Source: Giardia intestinalis (Eukaryota). Taken from it: DNA of 9,026 nt. Under the pieces are notes generated by a model. The model was given only the letters and a program-made list of their open reading frames with translations. It made no database searches and had not been told where the DNA came from. Positions within the stretch are counted from its first letter, which is position 1; each line of letters starts with the position of its first letter. A program made the position numbers and the translations under genes. Below, piece after piece: positions 1 through 7,100 of the stretch. Location of the stretch: NCBI GenBank assembly GCA_000002435.2, contig AACB03000012.1. One strand, 5' to 3'.

Positions 1-1146
1 TGTCTGTTTGATTAATTCGTTAGCAGAGGTAGACACATGTGGAGCAGGTTGGTGAGGAGCCAGTTCCTTGAGAGTCTGTTCTGGTCGAGGTTGTTCGCAA
101 GAAGGAGTTCTAGACCTCTTAGAAGAGTGCATAACTAAAGAGTCCGATGGGCTATGGGTTTCCTCATAGGTCTCCTCCGGCTGCTCCGCCAGTAAGTCGC
201 ACGTTTCAAATTCGTCTAGCTGACCTTCGCAACCAGGCTCATCCGGAAAATCTAACGGTTTATGTGCCCGTTTAATCGTGGATCGCGACAGGGTAATAAC
301 GTGAGCTGGACTGGCGGGCTGAGGACAGAAACCTTTCGAGGAATCGCTAGATAGTAAACCCGGCTCTCTGGCAGTAGCGAATGTCATAGTGACCTCTGGA
401 ACCATAGTGCTCTGAGCTGAATTTGGTCTGGAGAGCTGAGTAGTAGAAGATACTGCTGGTGTTTCAGAGATGTCCATCAAGCTGCTGAGTACTGTTGTAT
501 GGTCCTGGAGTGGTTTATCAAACGACTTGCTTTCTAAATTAATAGTATTAATAGTTGATGGGTCAGCAAGAAAGTTTCGATGATGTGGATTTTCAACCAC
601 GTGAGAATCAGCTGCAAATGTCAAAATCATCTGAGTTACAGTTACATCTTCGTCTAGTGTACTTTCAGTAGAGCTTCTTGATTGGACAGAAGAGCTTTCC
701 TTAGAACCTAAAGTAGTAGAGGATAGAACTTGAGGATGCTCACCAGCGTTTTCCTGGGCAATTGATGAATACTGATCTTGAGAATTTTGTTTAGGCACTT
801 CATTGGAAGAATGCTTGATTAAAAATGAAGACTCGTGAGTTAAGGGCCTAGATAACGAATTTTCTTCTGCCTTATTTTGTGAATGCATAAAGTTCTCAAT
901 CAAAATATCGTAAGAAGTATCTCCATTACCATAAACATCTGTATTTAGCAAAGTATCCTCACACACCGTGTCTTCTGCCAAGGGCTTCTTTTGGTTTGTT
1001 CTCGATGCATCGGTAGGTTTTAATTTCCGTAAAGGTGGAAGGGATGATAAGGAATACGTTAGAACAAGCTCACTAACAGGTACATCTTCATTATCACAAG
1101 CTGGAGTAAGTACTCCCTCATGTATATCGTTAACTACAAGAAGGTC
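1..1146 (-). CDS. Non-repetitive, S/T/E/D-rich segment of a large repetitive protein. It looks disordered and matches no domain I recognise. It lies C-terminal to the repeat domain, and the frame continues past position 1 with no stop in the window.
   Basis: The minus-strand frame using plus triplets 1-3, 4-6 and onward contains no TTA, CTA or TCA triplet across all 382 codons from 1146 to 1, so no stop. I checked this twice by hand. The same phase on the plus strand is loaded with TAA, TAG and TGA. The translation, read 5' to 3' on the minus strand, begins DLLVVNDIHEGVLTPACDNEDVPVSELVLTYSLSSPSTLRKLKPTDASRTNQKKPLAEDTVCEDTLLNTDVYGNGDTSYDILIENFMHSQNKAEENSLSRPLTHESSFLIKHSSNEVPKQNSQDQYSSIAQENAGEHPQVLSSTTLGSKESSSVQSRSSTESTLDEDVTVTQMILTFAADSHVVENPHHRNFLADPSTINTINLESKSFDKPLQDHTTVLSSLMDISETPAVSSTTQLSRPNSAQSTMVPEVTMTFATAREPGLLSSDSSKGFCPQPASPAHVITLSRSTIKRAHKPLDFPDEPGCEGQLDEFETCDLLAEQPEETYEETHSPSDSLVMHSSKRSRTPSCEQPRPEQTLKELAPHQPAPHVSTSANELIKQT. 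The chance of a stop-free run this long arising by accident is about 1e-8. Confidence 0.7.
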
Positions 1147-4100
1147 TTCGACGGGCTCCGCGGGCTCTGCAAGGCGTGCCTCCTCGGGCTCCTCAACGGG
1201 CGCTTCAGGTTCTTCGACGGGCTCCGCGGGGTCTGCAAGGCGTGCCTCCTCGGGCTCCTCAACGGGCGCTTCAGGTTCTTCGACGGGCTCCGCGGGGTCT
1301 GCAAGGCGTGCCTCCTCGGGCTCCTCAACGGGCGCTTCAGGTTCTTCGACGGGCTCCGCGGGGTCTGCAAGGCGTGCCTCCTCGGGCTCCTCAACGGGCG
1401 CTTCAGGTTCTTCGACGGGCTCCGCGGGGTCTGCAAGGCGTGCCTCCTCGGGCTCCTCAACGGGCGCTTCAGGTTCTTCGACGGGCGCCTCTTGCTGCTC
1501 GGGTTCTTCGACGGGCTCCGCGGGCTCTGCAAGGCGTGCCTCCTCGGGCTCCTCAACGGGCGCTTCAGGTTCTTCGACGGGCTCCGCGGGCTCTGCAAGG
1601 CGTGCCTCCTCGGGCTCCTCAACGGGCGCTTCAGGTTCTTCGACGGGCTCCGCGGGGTCTGCAAGGCGTGCCTCCTCGGGCTCCTCAACGGGCGCTTCAG
1701 GTTCTTCGACGGGCGCCTCTTGCTGCTCGGGTTCTTCGACGGGCTCCGCGGGGTCTGCAAGGCGTGCCTCCTCGGGCTCCTCAACGGGCGCTTCAGGTTC
1801 TTCGACGGGCGCCTCTTGCTGCTCGGGTTCTTCGACGGGCTCCGCGGGGTCTGCAAGGCGTGCCTCCTCGGGCTCCTCAACGGGCGCTTCAGGTTCTTCG
1901 ACGGGCTCCGCGGGGTCTGCAAGGCGTGCCTCCTCGGGCTCCTCAACGGGCGCTTCAGGTTCTTCGACGGGCTCCGCGGGGTCTGCAAGGCGTGCCTCCT
2001 CGGGCTCCTCAACGGGCGCTTCAGGTTCTTCGACGGGCTCCGCGGGCTCTGCAAGGCGTGCCTCCTCGGGCTCCTCAACGGGCGCTTCAGGTTCTTCGAC
2101 GGGCTCCGCGGGGTCTGCAAGGCGTGCCTCCTCGGGCTCCTCAACGGGCGCTTCAGGTTCTTCGACGGGCTCCGCGGGGTCTGCAAGGCGTGCCTCCTCG
2201 GGCTCCTCAACGGGCGCTTCAGGTTCTTCGACGGGCTCCGCGGGGTCTGCAAGGCGTGCCTCCTCGGGCTCCTCAACGGGCGCTTCAGGTTCTTCGACGG
2301 GCTCCGCGGGCTCTGCAAGGCGTGCCTCCTCGGGCTCCTCAACGGGCGCTTCAGGTTCTTCGACGGGCTCCGCGGGCTCTGCAAGGCGTGCCTCCTCGGG
2401 CTCCTCAACGGGCGCTTCAGGTTCTTCGACGGGCTCCGCGGGCTCTGCAAGGCGTGCCTCCTCGGGCTCCTCAACGGGCGCTTCAGGTTCTTCGACGGGC
2501 TCCGCGGGCTCTGCAAGGCGTGCCTCCTCGGGCTCCTCAACGGGCGCTTCAGGTTCTTCGACGGGCTCCGCGGGTCTGCAAGGCGTGCCTCCTCGGGCTC
2601 CTCAACGGGCGCTTCAGGTTCTTCGACGGGCGCCTCTTGCTGCTCGGGTTCTTCGACGGGCTCCGCGGGCTCTGCAAGGCGTGCCTCCTCGGGCTCCTCA
2701 ACGGGCGCTTCAGGTTCTTCGACGGGCTCCGCGGGCTCTGCAAGGCGTGCCTCCTCGGGCTCCTCAACGGGCGCTTCAGGTTCTTCGACGGGCGCCTCTT
2801 GCTGCTCGGGTTCTTCGACGGGCTCCGCGGGTCTGCAAGGCGTGCCTCCTCGGGCTCCTCAACGGGCGCTTCAGGTTCTTCGACGGGCTCCGCGGGGTCT
2901 GCAAGGCGTGCCTCCTCGGGCTCCTCAACGGGCGCTTCAGGTTCTTCGACGGGCTCTGCAAGGCGTGCCTCCTCGGGCTCCTCAACGGGCGCTTCAGGTT
3001 CTTCGACGGGCTCCGCGGGCTCTGCAAGGCGTGCCTCCTCGGGCTCCTCAACGGGCGCTTCAGGTTCTTCGACGGGCTCCGCGGGCTCTGCAAGGCGTGC
3101 CTCCTCGGGCTCCTCAACGGGCGCTTCAGGTTCTTCGACGGGCTCCGCGGGCTCTGCAAGGCGTGCCTCCTCGGGCTCCTCAACGGGCGCTTCAGGTTCT
3201 TCGACGGGCGCCTCTTGCTGCTCGGGTTCTTCGACGGGCTCCGCGGGGTCTGCAAGGCGTGCCTCCTCGGGCTCCTCAACGGGCGCTTCAGGTTCTTCGA
3301 CGGGCTCCGCGGGGTCTGCAAGGCGTGCCTCCTCGGGCTCCTCAACGGGCGCTTCAGGTTCTTCGACGGGCTCCGCGGGGTCTGCAAGGCGTGCCTCCTC
3401 GGGCTCCTCAACGGGCGCTTCAGGTTCTTCGACGGGCTCCGCGGGGTCTGCAAGGCGTGCCTCCTCGGGCTCCTCAACGGGCGCTTCAGGTTCTTCGACG
3501 GGCTCTGCAAGGCGTGCCTCCTCGGGCTCCTCAACGGGCGCTTCAGGTTCTTCGACGGGCTCCGCGGGCTCTGCAAGGCGTGCCTCCTCGGGCTCCTCAA
3601 CGGGCGCTTCAGGTTCTTCGACGGGCGCCTCTTGCTGCTCGGGTTCTTCGACGGGCTCCGCGGGCTCTGCAAGGCGTGCCTCCTCGGGCTCCTCAACGGG
3701 CGCTTCAGGTTCTTCGACGGGCGCCTCTTGCTGCTCGGGTTCTTCGACGGGCTCCGCGGGGTCTGCAAGGCGTGCCTCCTCGGGCTCCTCAACGGGCGCT
3801 TCAGGTTCTTCGACGGGCTCCGCGGGCTCTGCAAGGCGTGCCTCCTCGGGCTCCTCAACGGGCGCTTCAGGTTCTTCGACGGGCGCCTCTTGCTGCTCGG
3901 GTTCTTCGACGGGCTCCGCGGGCTCTGCAAGGCGTGCCTCCTCGGGCTCCTCAACGGGCGCTTCAGGTTCTTCGACGGGCTCCGCGGGGTCTGCAAGGCG
4001 TGCCTCCTCGGGCTCCTCAACGGGCGCTTCAGGTTCTTCGACGGGCGCCTCTTGCTGCTCGGGTTCTTCGACGGGCTCCGCGGGGTCTGCAAGGCGTGCC

Positions 4101-7100
4101 TCCTCGGGCTCCTCAACGGGCGCTTCAGGTTCTTCGACGGGCTCCGCGGGCTCTGCAAGGCGTGCCTCCTCGGGCTCCTCAACGGGCGCTTCAGGTTCTT
4201 CGACGGGCTCCGCGGGCTCTGCAAGGCGTGCCTCCTCGGGCTCCTCAACGGGCGCTTCAGGTTCTTCGACGGGCTCCGCGGGCTCTGCAAGGCGTGCCTC
4301 CTCGGGCTCCTCAACGGGCGCTTCAGGTTCTTCGACGGGCGCCTCTTGCTGCTCGGGTTCTTCGACGGGCTCCGCGGGGTCTGCAAGGCGTGCCTCCTCG
4401 GGCTCCTCAACGGGCGCTTCAGGTTCTTCGACGGGCTCCGCGGGCTCTGCAAGGCGTGCCTCCTCGGGCTCCTCAACGGGCGCTTCAGGTTCTTCGACGG
4501 GCTCCGCGGGCTCTGCAAGGCGTGCCTCCTCGGGCTCCTCAACGGGCGCTTCAGGTTCTTCGACGGGCTCTGCAAGGCGTGCCTCCTCGGGCTCCTCAAC
4601 GGGCGCTTCAGGTTCTTCGACGGGCTCCGCGGGCTCTGCAAGGCGTGCCTCCTCGGGCTCCTCAACGGGCGCTTCAGGTTCTTCGACGGGCTCTGCAAGG
4701 CGTGCCTCCTCGGGCTCCTCAACGGGCGCTTCAGGTTCTTCGACGGGCTCCGCGGGCTCTGCAAGGCGTGCCTCCTCGGGCTCCTCAACGGGCGCTTCAG
4801 GTTCTTCGACGGGCTCTGCAAGGCGTGCCTCCTCGGGCTCCTCAACGGGCGCTTCAGGTTCTTCGACGGGCTCTGCAAGGCGTGCCTCCTCGGGCTCCTC
4901 AACGGGCGCTTCAGGTTCTTCGACGGGCTCCGCGGGCTCTGCAAGGCGTGCCTCCTCGGGCTCCTCAACGGGCGCTTCAGGTTCTTCGACGGGCTCTGCA
5001 AGGCGTGCCTCCTCGGGCTCCTCAACGGGCGCTTCAGGTTCTTCGACGGGCTCCGCGGGCTCTGCAAGGCGTGCCTCCTCGGGCTCCTCAACGGGCGCTT
5101 CAGGTTCTTCGACGGGCTCTGCAAGGCGTGCCTCCTCGGGCTCCTCAACGGGCGCTTCAGGTTCTTCGACGGGCTCCGCGGGCTCTGCAAGGCGTGCCTC
5201 CTCGGGCTCCTCAACGGGCGCTTCAGGTTCTTCGACGGGCTCTGCAAGGCGTGCCTCCTCGGGCTCCTCAACGGGCGCTTCAGGTTCTTCGACGGGCTCC
5301 GCGGGCTCTGCAAGGCGTGCCTCCTCGGGCTCCTCAACGGGCGCTTCAGGTTCTTCGACGGGCTCCGCGGGCTCTGCAAGGCGTGCCTCCTCGGGCTCCT
5401 CAACGGGCGCTTCAGGTTCTTCGACGGGCTCCGCGGGCTCTGCAAGGCGTGCCTCCTCGGGCTCCTCAACGGGCGCTTCAGGTTCTTCGACGGGCTCCGC
5501 GGGGTCTGCAAGGCGTGCCTCCTCGGGCTCCTCAACGGGCGCTTCAGGTTCTTCGACGGGCGCCTCTTGCTGCTCGGGTTCTTCGACGGGCTCCGCGGGG
5601 TCTGCAAGGCGTGCCTCCTCGGGCTCCTCAACGGGCGCTTCAGGTTCTTCGACGGGCTCCGCGGGGTCTGCAAGGCGTGCCTCCTCGGGCTCCTCAACGG
5701 GCGCTTCAGGTTCTTCGACGGGCTCCGCGGGGTCTGCAAGGCGTGCCTCCTCGGGCTCCTCAACGGGCGCTTCAGGTTCTTCGACGGGCGCCTCTTGCTG
5801 CTCGGGTTCTTCGACGGGCTCCGCGGGCTCTGCAAGGCGTGCCTCCTCGGGCTCCTCAACGGGCGCTTCAGGTTCTTCGACGGGCTCCGCGGGCTCTGCA
5901 AGGCGTGCCTCCTCGGGCTCCTCAACGGGCGCTTCAGGTTCTTCGACGGGCGCCTCTTGCTGCTCGGGTTCTTCGACGGGCTCCGCGGGCTCTGCAAGGC
6001 GTGCCTCCTCGGGCTCCTCAACGGGCGCTTCAGGTTCTTCGACGGGCTCCGCGGGGTCTGCAAGGCGTGCCTCCTCGGGCTCCTCAACGGGCGCTTCAGG
6101 TTCTTCGACGGGCGCCTCTTGCTGCTCGGGTTCTTCGACGGGCTCCGCGGGGTCTGCAAGGCGTGCCTCCTCGGGCTCCTCAACGGGCGCTTCAGGTTCT
6201 TCGACGGGCGCCTCTTGCTGCTCGGGTTCTTCGACGGGCTCCGCGGGCTCTGCAAGGCGTGCCTCCTCGGGCTCCTCAACGGGCGCTTCAGGTTCTTCGA
6301 CGGGCTCCGCGGGCTCTGCAAGGCGTGCCTCCTCGGGCTCCTCAACGGGCGCTTCAGGTTCTTCGACGGGCTCCGCGGGGTCTGCAAGGCGTGCCTCCTC
6401 GGGCTCCTCAACGGGCGCTTCAGGTTCTTCGACGGGCTCCGCGGGCTCTGCAAGGCGTGCCTCCTCGGGCTCCTCAACGGGCGCTTCAGGTTCTTCGACG
6501 GGCTCCGCGGGGTCTGCAAGGCGTGCCTCCTCGGGCTCCTCAACGGGCGCTTCAGGTTCTTCGACGGGCGCCTCTTGCTGCTCGGGTTCTTCGACGGGCT
6601 CCGCGGGCTCTGCAAGGCGTGCCTCCTCGGGCTCCTCAACGGGCGCTTCAGGTTCTTCGACGGGCTCCGCGGGGTCTGCAAGGCGTGCCTCCTCGGGCTC
6701 CTCAACGGGCGCTTCAGGTTCTTCGACGGGCTCCGCGGGGTCTGCAAGGCGTGCCTCCTCGGGCTCCTCAACGGGCGCTTCAGGTTCTTCGACGGGCTCC
6801 GCGGGGTCTGCAAGGCGTGCCTCCTCGGGCTCCTCAACGGGCGCTTCAGGTTCTTCGACGGGCGCCTCTTGCTGCTCGGGTTCTTCGACGGGCTCCGCGG
6901 GCTCTGCAAGGCGTGCCTCCTCGGGCTCCTCAACGGGCGCTTCAGGTTCTTCGACGGGCTCCGCGGGCTCTGCAAGGCGTGCCTCCTCGGGCTCCTCAAC
7001 GGGCGCTTCAGGTTCTTCGACGGGCTCCGCGGGGTCTGCAAGGCGTGCCTCCTCGGGCTCCTCAACGGGCGCTTCAGGTTCTTCGACGGGCTCCGCGGGG

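Noticed and set aside
1-1140. A promoter or regulatory region upstream of the array on the plus strand.
   Set aside because: The region is occupied end to end by a stop-free minus-strand reading frame with protein-like composition. I found no convincing -35/-10 pair or terminator hairpin, and none would be expected inside a CDS.
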